A stretch of 64,000 nt of DNA from Octopus sinensis (taxonomy: Eukaryota). This document shows, in pieces, positions 37,986-52,780 of this stretch. The stretch spans positions 55,118,001 to 55,182,000 of the forward strand of contig NC_043007.1 of the NCBI RefSeq assembly GCF_006345805.1, written 5' to 3'. The stretch's first letter is position 1, and the number at the start of each line of letters is the position of its first letter. The position numbers were made by a program, and so were the translations under genes. Under the pieces are notes generated by a model that was not told the origin of the DNA, did not search any database, and worked only from the letters and a program-made list of their open reading frames with translations.

Positions 37986-38048
<63 letters not shown>

Positions 38049-38472
38049 GTATATTTATTACTGGTGAAGGCATAAAGAGTATCTTTATGGCATATCATCA
38101 GACCCTGAGACTTGTTGGTCTATGGTCTCTTTAAAGTATGGAGGGGGAAACGAACCGGATATAAACAATGGGGGTTATCTCCCTCTTCTGGTGGTCATCG
38201 GCTTACGGCTATGTCGTCCTCTTTCAGCTACGCCACCTGTCGGCTGTGAGGGTAGGGCTTATCTCCCACTTTCATCAGCAATCAATTTCCAACCGTGGTG
38301 TAAATATCGCTAATACCGCTATTATCGTTATTATGTGGTTCCCAAAACGCTAATAGGAATTTCCTGAAATGCAAGCACGGCCCGAAAATCTCCGTTCTGG
38401 AGTTCCCTATGTTCCCTGGTACGTGGAGCTTTTCAGGATTTCCTGAAAAGCTCGCACATACCAGGGAACATA

Positions 38473-39199
38473 CTGAACATAAATGAGGATAAAATGAAGT
38501 ACAGCATAACTTGGTCCATAGTAAGGTACGCGAAACCATACAATATAATTTCCAGGAGATGCCGTTTCTGCTCCGAGGAATCCCTGTCTATTTTGTGGAC
38601 TTACGAGATGATCATTAATAGAATTTCACACAATGCAGTGGGAATGAATTTTGAGTAACCGTTAATATAATTTAATTTACCTTAAGATATGGATGACTTA
38701 AGTTTACTTTTAACCTCTCCATTCTTACAAACATCCAGTAGATAGTTAACTCGCTTTGTGATCATGAGTGTACCAAATATTACGTGTGCGTATGCTCACA
38801 TTTTTGCGGATGCTTGTATGAGCGAGTGTAATCGTGCCATGCAGCTCGCCCGAGGGCATTTATACATTCATATTTGTTAACGGTTATTTTTAATACATTT
38901 CTCGCTGTTTTGCGTGTTGGTTTCTTTTTTTGCCATCTGTGATTTTAATTTTGATCTTCTATATAAATGAAGATATTTCCTCCGCCTGGCTGTTTTTCTT
39001 TCTACGAAACGAGGTTACATTGCGGAACAGTTATTTTAATGAGTTGTATCTATTTATCACCTGACAAGATACATCTGCACCACCGGATGCTCCTGAACCA
39101 GTTGTTGAGTGTCCCACCCATGAGGGATTGATGCTAGATGTGTCGAAACAATTGTCGGAATTAAAAAATTTTCGCATATTCCACCTTCCCTCTTTCATT

Positions 39200-39200
<1 letters not shown>
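38473..39200 (+). mobile_element. 3' end of a Naiad-type PLE (GIY-YIG C-terminus, UTR, degenerate hammerhead)
   Basis: KYSITWSIVRYAKPYNIISRRCRFCSEESLSILW. Motif CTGACAA-gatacatct..agatgtgtc-GAAA-caattgt-C at 39061-39156. Confidence 0.7.
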
Positions 39201-39291
<91 letters not shown>

Positions 39292-39862
39292 CACACACTG
39301 TATATACACGCACACATATGATGTAAACGTAATGAATTGAAAAGCAAGTCAGCCATTATCTGGCATGCACCATCTCTCATCATAACCGTTAACTCACGGG
39401 CCTTATCCGTACCCCATGTCTTGAATCGGTAGCTTCCTATTAAATCGCACTATTGCTGTATGTGCTGATGGAATTCTTTCTGCCTCAGTCTTAAGCGTAT
39501 GATACTACCCTTCATTCCTCCCTAACCGTTTTCAACCATGCATCATCCACTCGCAACTTTCAATGGGGATATATCAATCTTTTTTCTTTCAATAGCAAAA
39601 AAAAGCCCCAGCAAAAACAACACGCGCGCATGCGCACACATTCACAAACAGACAGATACAGACACAGATAGACACAAGCAGACAGACAGACGCACACACG
39701 CACGCACGAACACACACACACGCACAGAGGCACACAAACACACACACATACGCAAACACGCACACACACTCACCCTTTGCCCCATTTTAATCACGTACAG
39801 TACTTAACTAGAGCGCTCAAAATCTAAGACTTGCTACAGTTGTTGGCTCTCACTATCACTGA

Positions 39863-40170
39863 GGTGGATGCACATGGCCTAGTGGTTAAAGCAGCAGACT
39901 CGCGATCGAGGGATCGTGGATTCGAATCTCAGACCGGGCGATGTGTGTGTTTATGAGCAAAACGCCTAAGCTCCACGCGGCTGCAGCAGAAGGTAACGGC
40001 GAACTTCTGCTGACTCTTTCGCCACAACTTTCTCCCACTCTTTCCTCCTGCATCTAGCAGCTCATCTGTGACGGACCAACGTTCCGTCTAGGTGGGGAAC
40101 CTGCACGCCAATAAAACCGGCAAACCTTATGAGCCAGGCATGGCTCGAGAAGGAACAAACAATAACAACA
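39863..40170 (+). mobile_element. tRNA-derived SINE
   Basis: A-box tggcctagtgg and B-box gattcgaatct; head homologous to 12754-12870. Confidence 0.8.
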
Positions 40171-40229
40171 ACGCTATCACAGGATATTTCTTAGCAAATG
40201 CACTTTCTAAACTTAACTATGACTGTATC

Positions 40230-40735
40230 CTAATAAGTGTCTTTTCTCTTCAGGGCCAGAAATTACTTCATACCTCAACAATTATTCATATTCTACAAAA
40301 AACTAATGTGCGACTCATATTGGAGTATTGCTCTCAAGTGTAGGACTGCTGCTGCTTCAGCTATGCACACATATGCATCGCGAAAAGAGCCATCCGTCTA
40401 ATTGACCTAAAGTCACTTACAGAGATATTCTAGCTTCTGACCCACAAGTACGTTTTATTCTCTATCTACCTTTTCTACCATTACTATGATGGACTCAGCA
40501 CCTCGGTGCTGGCTGGGCTTATGCTACCTCTACTCAAGCACTTCATTTCTCTTCTTCCCATCACCCTTGCTGTGTCAAACAACGCAAGTCCTGCATTAAT
40601 CACTAATTCCAGACGTTCCTTTTCAGAACGCCGGCTCCCTGGGTTTCCTTTTCTGCTCATATCTTTGCTGCAGGTGTGGACTTACAAAGCTTCAAAAGTG
40701 ACGTTTATAATATCCACCGCTTTAGTCTTGGAGGA
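40230..40735 (+). mobile_element. CR1/L2-group LINE 3' fragment
   Basis: VRLILEYCSQV..KRAIRLI..YLFYHYYDG. Confidence 0.7.
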
Positions 40736-42633
40736 TTTGTAAGAGTAATGGACACATTCCTTTCTTCCTGATCCAGCTTGTTAAAACATGATTGCATTAA
40801 CAACAACAACAAACTGCCACTTTCATAACCATACCCACCACACATACACACACAAACACACATATATCCACTCACACACACAGACGCACACACACATACA
40901 TGATAATTAATATTTGTTCTATTATTCCTATTTTATTTGCAATATGTGGGGCAAATGATTTTCAGAACCAAAATTCAAATTTAACTGTGTAAAAGCAAGA
41001 TCGCAAATAATCACATTAATCGATGATAGTCGGTGAAATGAAGATTTTATATTCAAAGAAATAAACAGAATCTATTCGTTCTTTTGTTGAAGCAATAAAA
41101 AACAAACAAACGAAAAAAGATACTTTCTTGTAATCATTTTTGACACATAGCTAAATAATTAATTTGCTTTTGATAAAGTCAAGATTTGAAAGAAAAAAAA
41201 TCCGATTCAAGCTGTTAATGCTCATCATTTTAGAAATATATAAACTGAAGCGAAAGGAAGAACATTTCCTAATTAAGATTATTCGCTTGAAGGAAACCTC
41301 CAATATTCGCATAAAATAACGACTGCGGTGGCATAAATGATAAACTTCTGGTGGACCAAATATACGAAATGGTTTCGATACTCTTTACCTCTATCAATAA
41401 CAGTCTTGAGGAGGGACTCCGGCGATTCTTTTGTCTTTGAAGTACGGATCCAAAGTGCCGAGAGAAAAGAAAACAATATTAAATGAATACAAGAACCATA
41501 ACAACAAACACAACAAAAACAACAAAACCAATTGTTGACAAGTGATTATCAATTAGGTGAAAATTTGAACAATGTTAACTCAGTTATAGGTTGTACGTTA
41601 ATATGAGTTTATTGTAAGCAAGGACATTATTTTTTACCATTACCATGGACACGCTATTCCGTAATCTTTGGAATTTTAAATTCCATCCGAGTTAACCTCG
41701 AAGTTGATAATTTTTTGCATTATTTTCGTTACAGATATTATCAAATGTAACATTAATTATAAATTATACGAAAAAACACATTTGCTAATTTATTTCAAAA
41801 TCCAATTAAAACGTCTTGATTAAAACTAAACAAAATTCACAAGTTGTGTTTTCATTTATATAATACAAATACATACATACATACATACATACATACATAC
41901 ATACATACATACATACATACATACATACATGCATATATGCATTCATGTTCACATGCTTTCGCGCATACATACATACACGCTCCTACAACTCGGGTGGTTG
42001 TAGTTTTATGTGAATAGTTGTAGTTTTATCACGCATAGATTTAATTGATTCATCTCTTGAAATCAAAATTATCCATTAATGTGTGAGCAACCACATTGAA
42101 AGCAAGAGAAATAGAAATTGTGACGTTCATGCTTTTCCAAGAGTATTTGCGGTATTAAGTAAATTGAAATAGCTAAAACAGATAATCAATTCTCATGGAA
42201 TTTAGCTCTTTATTCTTTAGCATTTATCAATTTACTAATAATATCAGGAATACTTCATGAAGAAGTGATTTGAGTAATCATCACTGTTTCCTTCTAAAAT
42301 TCTAAGCGACATATATTATTTCGATTGGTGTCATAGTAAATGGTTGTGCACTGGAGGAAACCACAGAACGTCGGACTGTATAGCTTGTTTTCTTTATATT
42401 CCAGGTTCAGGTTCTATCGAGGTTGGTTTTGCTTTTGTCCCTCGGAGTATCTAGAGCTAAATTAATCAAATAACCTTTCTATTATACAAATTTTGGCATT
42501 GAAACAGTGTAATCTTTATAATCATTTGAAGTAATCTGGAGTAGACAAAATAAAGAGCAAGTCACGTACGAGGGTCAATGAAATCGACTAAGCCCCTTCC
42601 ATAAAAATTGCTGGCTTAAAGTTATTATTAACA

Positions 42634-42794
42634 GGTGCAGGCGTGGCTGTGTGATAAGAATCTTGCTTCCCAGCCACATTGTTACGGGTTCAGTTCCACT
42701 GTTGGCACCTTGCGTAAGTGTTTCCTATTATAGCCTCGGGTCGACCAAAGCCTTGGGAGTGGATTTGGTAGAAGGAAACTGAAAGAAGCCCGTC

Positions 42795-42836
<42 letters not shown>

Positions 42837-43010
42837 CTGTGATTGTCCCCTCTCCCACTTGACAACCGGTGTTAGTGTGCTTACGTCCCCGTAACTTAGT
42901 GGTTTGGCAAAAGTGATTGATAGAATAAGTACCAGGTTTAAAAATGTACTGGAGGTCGATTCGTTCAACTAAAAATTCTTCATGACTGAAACAAATAAGA
43001 TAAAAGATCA
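42634..43010 (+). mobile_element. SINE (tRNA head, CORE-like segment, internal microsatellite, 3' segment)
   Basis: Joins the head seen at 15113-15278 to the tail seen at 13445-13635. Confidence 0.8.
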
Positions 43011-43424
43011 AAAAAAAAATTATCCCTATTTAAATACCAAAGCATTTTTGATGATAGCAGGAAATTGGAATTTCATTATCATTAACTCCATGTGGATTAC
43101 ATAATTATATTCCTTTTATAAAAAAAAAAATAAGGATCTTTGCACGAGACAGAATACACCAATGTTTTCAAAGAGAGGAAACATTCAGGTAAGAATCAAC
43201 CCGATTTTCGCACAAAGCAAAATGGTCATTCAGCTGAGTGGAGTAAAACCCTCCTTTTATTGAGATACTGAAATGAAAACAGACAAAAGGAGCCATAAAG
43301 GAAGAAACAAAAAAAAACAAAACAATTATCACTATCGAGTTTAAGAAAATATCTAAAATTAATGAAGTGTTTGAAAAACTCTTCGACAGATTATTATCAT
43401 TTAATATCTGATATTTATGGAAAG

Positions 43425-43640
43425 ATGGTGAGCTGGCAGAATCGTAAGCACGCTGGGCAAAATATTTAGCGGCACTTCGTGCATCTTTACGATCTGAGTT
43501 CAAATTCCACCGAAGTCGACTTTACCATTCATCCTTTCGGTGTTGAGAAAATAAGTACTAGTCAAGCACTGGGCTCGATATAATCGACTACTTCCTCTCC
43601 CGAAATTGCTGGCCTTGCGCAAAAATTCGAGACCAATATA
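43425..43640 (+). mobile_element. tRNA-derived SINE of a third family
   Basis: ggtgagctggcagaatcg..gagttcaaattcc..gtcgacttt..cattcatcctttcgg; partial copies at ~17850-17990 (-) and ~48345-48390. Confidence 0.6.
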
Positions 43641-45569
43641 TGATATGTGGTGCGTTCTGAAAAAATTCTGCCAAGCAGAATCACTCAAAAAATAAATCAA
43701 ACACGTTGTAGAAATTTCTATGTTCAATATTTCACTTGTTGCTATAATAACAGTAACGATCGACTGGACTGAAATTCTAGTTAATGTGTAAATCACTGTT
43801 GGAAACTGATACAAAGTGAAACTATTACTCTTATTTGCTTGATGTAGTGGAACATTCTTTCTAACATCTCTTGCATCGATCAATCAAAACCTTAGCATCT
43901 GAGTTTATATTTCACTGCAAGAATCACCTGTTTGAGTTCAAATATGTCGTTAATAATAAAATAATTCACACACACGCACAGAGATATACACGCGCGTACA
44001 CGGACAAGCACACACAAGCAAAGACCAACTGAATGAAGTTTTCATTCTTTTACACGCATTTATGTCTCCCAAATATTCTCGGATTAATAACTGAATGTCG
44101 ATTTGTAGTGTAATCGATAACTTGCATTGCGATGGACCATCACATCTACCTCCCTCCAGTTCAGTTTTTCCTTCACTCATGCAATAACTGCATTTCTTGA
44201 GAAGCCCAAAATACGCAACTAAATCTTGTGTCTAATACAAGGCACCAAGTGGACCAAATTTATCGAGTAGGTTTTGATTTTCTGTTATAACTAGCTCACT
44301 ATAATCATGCCCCTGAACCGGAAATATCATAATATCCAGCTTCAATTTCCATTTTCCCCTTTCTTTATAAATAAATATTTTTGACTTGTATAATAAATAC
44401 AGCCAGGTTTGGATAATTTTTTGCTTCCTATCTACCTCAAATTCTCTTTAGAAATTATGTGACGCAATCTCGTATTGTCCCGTTAGACCCATGGCTTTGA
44501 AAGAAGTATTCACCATTGGGATGCTAAGGGTCGGTGGTTCGAGTTAAACTTCTAACGAGCTTAATACGTAGTTGAGATGGAACAATATCATGTCGCTGTA
44601 ATGGCTTATGTTACAGACATAAATGCATTTCTTGGTTTTCTTATCTCAGAGAACGTACTCTCCCATATAAAAGTAATAATCACATGTGTTATTTTTTACA
44701 AGACATAAATATCCAACATGTCAAGGATGGAGAAATAGAACTGCGTGATATTTATACTTTTCTGAAAGAATGCAATGTGTATAGAGACTTAACATGTATG
44801 GAGAATCGGAAATGGATTCTAAGCTTGGTTCACTGTTAACTTGTCCCTTGCAAGTATCGGTATCAGTTCCTCTTGTGCTCCCGTCTTTTGTTGGCTACGA
44901 TTATCTTGACAACGGCCCATGTAATGTTGGCCTTTCTCATGTCAGTTCTGAATGTTCGGCGCCGTATAATCTCTTTCTTTTTCATTCTGTTCTAGAATGG
45001 CTATGTTTTGGTATCTGAAGTATACGACCTGATAATTTCAATCTTCATACCGTGATGATGTCATATTAATTGATGAATCAAAGTACATCGATGAGCGTTA
45101 TTGCATAATAGGTATGCTATCAAGAGGTTCAAAAAATTCACAATTCAATTTTGATACGATGTTAAAGAGAATCCATTTTAAACTTCTAATGTCTTCCCCA
45201 TTGTCAACATGTGTCTTCGTAAGAAAGCAACTGATAAAAGAAAGAACAAAAAACACAAGATGAACAAGTACAAGACGAAAGAAAGAAGAATGATATTGAC
45301 CGGGGATCCTGCATTCTGGTTGTATTTAGAATATGCACAAACTATAGCGGAGATCTTTAAAATATATGAGCTTTATACATTACCTTTTTTTTTTTAGCTC
45401 TGTCTTAAGTTTTAAAGAGCAGCAGTTACAATCACGTAGCACAAAAAGAAAAAAAAATATTCCCACTAAAAAATTTACGTTTATAATATGTAGATGTTAC
45501 TAAGCTGACTGGCAATTTGTTATATACGTAAGATATAACGTAAGACTGGATAAATCCCCAACATTAGCT

Positions 45570-45663
<94 letters not shown>
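45570..45663. repeat. (ACT)n microsatellite
   Basis: Long perfect trinucleotide run. Confidence 0.95.
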
Positions 45664-48600
45664 GTGAAAGAGAGAGAGCAGTGCATGCCATCAAAGTGAT
45701 TCTGGGATACAAATATACGAAGTCCATTTTATTCAGCATGATTACCCGTCCGATAAGGGTTCACCAGGCACATGCATCACAGTCATATGAGCGCGACATG
45801 GGGACCTCATATCAAAATAAACAGGGCGTGACCTTGCAAGTTGGTCCTAGCTAGAACTTTCTCCAGGTCGAGTAGCCCATCCTGCTCAAAAGATCCATTA
45901 ATAAGGGTTGTTTAAGGACGTAGCACCCATGTTTCCAGAGGTGAATCATTCAAACCCTAAAGAAGCCTTCTCAACACATGGTTATGATGTTCCTTAAACA
46001 CTTCTGTTCGTGATCAGAGGTGCACATATCGTCAGCCATCAAGGGACATGCTCAACTGGTTAAGGTCAAGCAACTAATAAGCAATTCTATGGTATTGAGC
46101 AGAATATTTGCTGTAGCCCATCTTATACACTAATAAAAAAATATACATGAGATCCACGACACACATTATTTACAGACGAATTTTTGATTCTCTCCTCGAA
46201 ACACGATCCATGATATCCTTCATTGGAGTACTTGTTAAGAGAACTATAATTACCTAAGGAAGGGCTGTTTTCGATACTCGGGGCTAGAAAAATGAGTTTC
46301 TTTCATAAGCTTTTACAATTTTATTTACACTCATTACATTTGTATACCTAAAATGGCTACCACACACAAAATATGCAACAAGAATAAACACTACAATAGT
46401 AGAAACCCCCCCCCCATAAATCAAAACATTCTGCTAAATCAACTAGAGGGGGAAAATGAATGCTTTAGTGGACAATTAATAGAAAATGTCCCAAATATTC
46501 AAATAAGTTACAGTGAAGAAAGGACAGTTAACTGTCCTATGGCAGCACTGCATCTTCATCGTGCAATGAAGAAGAAATAGTAATTAGAGAAGAAAAACCG
46601 CAAATGGTCGCTGAAAATATGAAGAGAAAAAGGGGAATAACTCAGAGAAAAGGAAAACAAAACTGCGAATATAGCTGAAGAGCAAGAATTTCTTCCAAAC
46701 AACAACGGAGTTCTTTCTCAGGACAATAACAGAGAAACGGAAGAGAATGAAGTTGAATTAAGATTCACGGTTTTTTAAAAACTAAGCAAAGAGTTAAGGG
46801 TCTCTGGTGCCATAAACTTTGCAAAGAAAATTAGAATGACAGAAAATTAGGTTTAGAATATACAGTCTTGTGACTATTCAAAAATAAATTAATATACACA
46901 CACTTCGTACGTACAACACACGCAACATAAAGTTAAAACACAGCCCTGTGTGTTAAAATAATTTTTGAAACCTGTCTCTCACTGAAAAATATGGTGATCC
47001 TAACTCCTTTCCAATCCTAAACGATATTAAGACGATTTATCGACGCTTTATTCGTAATATCCTCAAAATGCATATTTAACGAATCAGAAAGAAAAACACA
47101 AAAATAATTACACATACTTTATATAGGTATCGATCGTAATTTATAATGTACTATCGCATACGTGTTCGAATATATTTCTTCTAATTCAGATAACAGAAAG
47201 AAGTTACCTGAAGCATACTGTAATATTACAGCCATTCGTTGACGCGGAACGCCGTAAAATAATTTACATCTCCCGATGACATTTAACTTATGTCAAGGAT
47301 TTCAAGAGCAGCCAATAGCGTGAATTCTTAACAGAGGTTAGCAATGTTTGATATCTTTCATGTTAGAAATCAACCTTCAACACTCCATTCTTATAAGCAA
47401 CCATTTTGTTTTGTAGTTGCAGCTGTGGTGGTTATGTTACTGATGCTGTTAGTGATGGTTTTGATAGAGAAATATCGACCGTTGACTTTCTCCTTGGTCG
47501 GCTTATTGTTTGGTTATAAAACTAGTTAGCTACTTAACAAGCTTAGCTTAGCCTGTGGAAGCGAATCGATAAAAGAAGATTCAAAGTCAGAGGACCGATG
47601 TGATATATAACAATTTCATAGCCGTTTCTGTGGAATTTATTGTCGGTAAAAGGCACTGACCGATTTATTCCAAGCTATGAAACTTAAAACAGAACGAAGG
47701 TAGAAGTCAACGTATCACGTGTTTTAACCGAAAATAAGGTTGAGTGTTTTACATTTTATTGGGGAAAGGTAATAACAATGAAGAGGTAATGATATAGGTG
47801 GTAAATAAGGAAGGCAAAAAGGACAATGACGACGATGATGACGAGACTTGACGGTGACGAAGACAATGACAACAACAATGATAATATCAATGTTGCTGAT
47901 GACAACGACGACAACGACAATAACGACAGCGATGATGATGACGATTATGACGAGGACTAGGACGATGACAAAGCTGATTATGATGACGATGTTGATAACG
48001 ATACATTCATTTCATACATTTTACAAAAGGAATTGCGGTAAAAATATAACAAATCATACAGAAAAATCAGTGTACAAACAAAAGACCCCTCACCAAATGA
48101 TATCTACTCATTTGTTAGTATAGTAATAATCATGAAATACTCACTTGGTCTACACAGGGAGATTAAGCACGACATTTTAAATATGTTTTTATAGACTTGG
48201 CTCTGGAGAAAGTAAATGAAGTTCTGCGAATGTAATATTTGCGAATAGAATTACTTATTTTGTCAAGGCAAAATATCAAAATTTGTAAGATGGAATTGAT
48301 CACATGAGAATACTGATATTTAGTTTAATAATTTTGTAAAGCCCCACAGAGAAATCCATGGTGTCGACTCTGCTCTTCAAACCACTTTACATACGCTGTT
48401 AATGTTTTGTAAAATTCAATTGAGTTTCAATCCCTAGTGTTTCCCCAACTCCAGTTCTCCAGGAAGACTATGGAGGGCAAATTAATCCTTGATGCACGTC
48501 ATGGAAACGTTTTAGCTACATATTTGTCTCTAGGTCACACTCAAGGCAGAATTTGAACTCGGCGCTAAAAAAGCTAATGAAGTACTCTAAAGTTAAACAG

Positions 48601-48774
48601 ATACTGTTGCATATTGATTAATTTAGAGGTTCAGTTCTCTCTGTCGTCTTTGTATTGAGACATAACTTATCTAGTTTTGCTGTATACAGCGAATTCATTT
48701 TTGCCAGCAACGTCACACAACAGAATAATTTACATCTCATAGAGAGAAGATAACAATGATGAAGGAATATAGAG

Positions 48775-49025
48775 CAATGGTTCTCAACCGGGGTCCGCAT
48801 GGTCCTTATGAGTCCATATAAGATTTTTCTTGCTAAAAATTATCTGCAATAAATTGGTTATATTTCTACAATACACAAAATATTTTAACATTTTAAAAAC
48901 ATTATTCCTAAAAATATTCAATTATAAAAATAGAATATTTTAAAACATGGAATGGCCAGGTGGATCCATTCAAGTAAAATAGGCATCTAAGGGTTCCACC
49001 GGTGAAAAATGGTTGAGAAACACTT
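48775..49025. mobile_element. hAT/Charlie-like MITE
   Basis: Ends caatggttctcaacc and ggttgagaaacactt; no matching 8-bp TSD is recognisable. Confidence 0.7.
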
Positions 49026-49384
49026 AGACAGTAATGTAAATAAGGAAGGCAAAAACGATGATGATGCTCGACAATGATATCACGTTGACAGTGATGAAAT
49101 AGAAGACGATGACAACGACAGATTCGGTAATACAACAGCAATTGTGAAAAATAGGTTGGAAGTCGTTTTACAGATGCTCAGCTTGCCAAAACCAGTTTGT
49201 TAGAATACTTGAAAGAAAATATTTTTTGTGATATTCATGCATATATTATCCAATATATGTATAAATATCTACATATGTATATGCATTAATGTTTATGCGT
49301 AAATATCTACGTGTATATGCATAAATATTTATGGGTAATATCTCCACATATAAGTACGTTTATATATGTACGCATACATACGTA

Positions 49385-50223
49385 CATAGTGTGATGGGTA
49401 AATTGTCACCAATTTATACTTTTTATTTTGCGCATGCGCATTTTTTGTTTTTGATTTTGTCGACTATATAGTATAGTGGGATCAGCTGGGCACCGTCTGT
49501 GAGAAAAACAGCACAATGACGCAATTCACTCTGCCAGAAATTTGGAAACGATATGCTATATTGCTTGGCATTGGCACCGGAAGCTCCAATACGAGCATTT
49601 CAGAGTGTTTGGGTGTCAATCTGAGGACGTACTGAGAGTGATAAAAAATAAAACATCCAGTCAACATCATGTGATCATTAGTGATGGCGACGTTATTCAT
49701 GTTCCCACATGGTCTCACACTCAACACGGAGTGCTTGGAAGAGGTAGTGCTGCCCTGGGTCAAGAGGGTAACTGGTGGAAGACCGTATGTCTGGCAACAG
49801 GACTCTGCACCATGCCACACAAGCTGGAGAACCCAGGCATGGCTGTCAGACAATTTCTGTGACCACAACACTCCTAACATCTGGCAACCTAACTCCCCAG
49901 ACTGCATCCCCTTAATTATTATGTATGGGTCGCAGTTGATCGAGAAATCAACAAAACTCTTTTTAACACCAAAGATAAACTGAAGGCTAGGATTATGGCA
50001 GCATTCACCAACTCAAACAAGGGGATCGTCCAGAAGAGTTGCAAGAGATTCCGAAGTCGTCTGTAGGCCATGGTTGAAGCCAATGGCGATTTTATTGAAT
50101 AAATTTACTCTTTAGTATTTCAAGATATTTTTATGTAATTTTGGTAAATATATATTAAAATGAGATGTCAGTGTTATTTTCATTTTTGCGTAATTTAGAC
50201 GACAGTTTATTCACCGAACCCTA
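49385..50223 (+). mobile_element. Internally deleted DD37D (maT-like) Tc1/mariner transposon
   Basis: VLPWVKRVTGGRPYVWQQDSAPCH..WQPNSPDC; diverged TIRs flanked by TA. Confidence 0.8.
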
Positions 50224-50243
50224 TATATATGTATGTATATGTT

Positions 50244-50291
<48 letters not shown>

Positions 50292-50370
50292 TGTGTACAT
50301 ATATATATGTATATATATATCTATCTATCTATCTATCAATCTATCTATCTATATATATATATATATAATA

Positions 50371-50436
<66 letters not shown>

Positions 50437-50439
50437 TAT

Positions 50440-50526
<87 letters not shown>
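50220..50526. repeat. (TA)n/(ATCT)n microsatellite field
   Basis: Directly visible. Confidence 0.95.
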
Positions 50527-50528
<2 letters not shown>

Positions 50529-51187
50529 AAAAAGGAGATGTGGAACACGAGTTGTGATATATAAAAAAGGAAATGAAGAAAAATTTATCAGAAAGGAACT
50601 CTAATCTTTTGATAAGCATAACAAATGCGCAACCGGTAAAAAGAACTTTCACCTAATTAAATTACTTAAATTACTTAAATTATTTTGTCAGCATTTTCTT
50701 CATTTCCTTTTATATATATATATAAAGTCAATGGAAAAAAGTCAAGGTAGAAAATGCAAAAGTAATTTTATAAAAAAAATACATTTCAGTACCGGTTTCA
50801 GTCATTATCCATCAATAGATATTTATATGCCGCAAGAATACCAAACATTACAAATGCTCATTCTCAAAATCTGATAGCAATCACATAACTAGATCATAAT
50901 GAAAGCTGCAACACAGAGGCCATCTCCTCAATACCATAAATTATGAGCATCTAGTAACCAAGTGTGATCCCGCAATAAAGTATGATTGACACATCTAGAT
51001 CAGCACTGCGGGTACACGTGAAAACATAGCAGGCAAAACAATCATCGACTGGCTCGAAAATATTCTTTCACCAACATACAGCTACTCACACAACGACAAG
51101 CTGTATACTCTCTCTCTTTCCCTTTCACTTAGTCTATCTCTCTTACTCTTTCTCTTTCTCTCACTCTTACTCTCTCTCTCACTCCTT

Positions 51188-51222
<35 letters not shown>

Positions 51223-52424
51223 ACACATACATTCTCTCTTTCTCTCTTTTTATCTCTTTAACTATATCAGTTACTGACAGTCTGAAATAACAAGCTGTGT
51301 GCTACATTACATAAGCCATCTGATTCATATTGGTCTTCTCTTGTTATTTACTATCTTTTCCAACAGACCTAACGTTTAGTAGTTACCTTCTTCCATACAG
51401 AATGCTCTGGATTTTTTCTGTTTTTCCCTCAGACATCAACCAGTAAAACACTAACGACATTCTCTCCAGCAGTTCAAACCAACCAGGGACACTATATAGT
51501 TGCTCAACCAAAGAGAAACATCAGTCAACTGCCGTCTTAAACACAGAAGAGCCTACTGAACAAAACACGTTTTATTGTTCTATGTCTGAAAATATATAGG
51601 ATAGTCCCAGATGGAATGCATTTCATCACGGCTATGGTCAAACAAAGTTGATATGCGACTAAAGAGCAACAGTAACAACTACAACCACTTTACAGATTAG
51701 GGAAGGCAAGGACGCAACGCACATCCTCTATAGAGTAAATTATAAAAAAGAATTATTGTCACACCACTTATATTCTATTTCTAAATCAATCACTCTAAAA
51801 CGAACCTCATTAATGCGACACCACTTAAGAATTGCACTCACATCATTTCATTATTAACAGTTCACTGAAATAATCACTCACTCATCAACTGTGATAACAT
51901 TCAAATGGTACTGTACTATTGATTCGACAGCACTTGCCCACAAGCCAAACACCTCTGTAGATAGTACTCTCCTGTTGTATAACACTTTTGATGCAGTTTT
52001 TACCGTGCATTGCAGCGATACTAAACAGTTCTCATGCACTTACGCAACGTCTTTTTAACTTTTCGAAATCCACTTCTATGCCTGTTTTACATGATACCAT
52101 CGATCCATTTCTTAATAACCACGTCACACATCTTGCTCTGTACTACATTCTGCATATATTGCTTATTAATCACTGCTCTCATCTCACAACACTAAAATTT
52201 CCATTCTTATTTCACTCACTTCAAAGAGTAATTCAAATTTAAATGCAAATATACGAGGGCTCATTTCAGGATTGTTTGTTGATGTTATTGTCGTTGTCGC
52301 CTTCTTCTTCTTCCAATCGGGGCTCACGCCATTTGCCACAAAGAATAATCTCTAATTCGAGCCTACTCTAAGCTATTAAGAATGCGTGTGGCAACTTGAA
52401 GATCCACTCTACACACGCGATAGA

Positions 52425-52780
52425 CTGGCGGTTGCACGGGCGCGAAAGCTACGTTGTTATCCTCATTCCGTAAACGGTGGCTTTTAACGGGTGGAGAGCC
52501 GAACCATCATGGAGTATAGAGAATTCGCAATCTAGACTAGGACCTGAAAGTTTACCACACCATAGTGGGTTACACCATCGTTCATCAGCTTTGTGGCAGA
52601 AGTAGGAAGAAAAAGTGAGAGAAAGTTGTGGTGAAAGAGTACAGCGGGGTTCACCACCACCCGCCGCCGGAGCCTCGGTGTTTTTGCTCAATCAACACTC
52701 ACAATGCCCGGTCTGGGAATCGAAACTGCGTTCTTACGACCGCGAGTCCGCTGCCCTAACCACTGGGCCATTGCGCCTCC
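52425..52780 (-). mobile_element. tRNA-derived SINE, same family as 12754-13140
   Basis: Reverse complement reads ggaggcgcaatggcccagtggttagggcagcggactcgcg..gtttcgattccc. Confidence 0.85.

Noticed and set aside
44997-45110. AG...GT-bounded candidate exon
   Set aside because: Stops in all three frames.
45665-46120. GC-richer block that looks like an interspersed repeat
   Set aside because: No second copy or diagnostic motif in the window, so it cannot be classified.
46353-46800. Purine-rich ORF-like stretch, possibly a LINE ORF1 relic
   Set aside because: No diagnostic motif.
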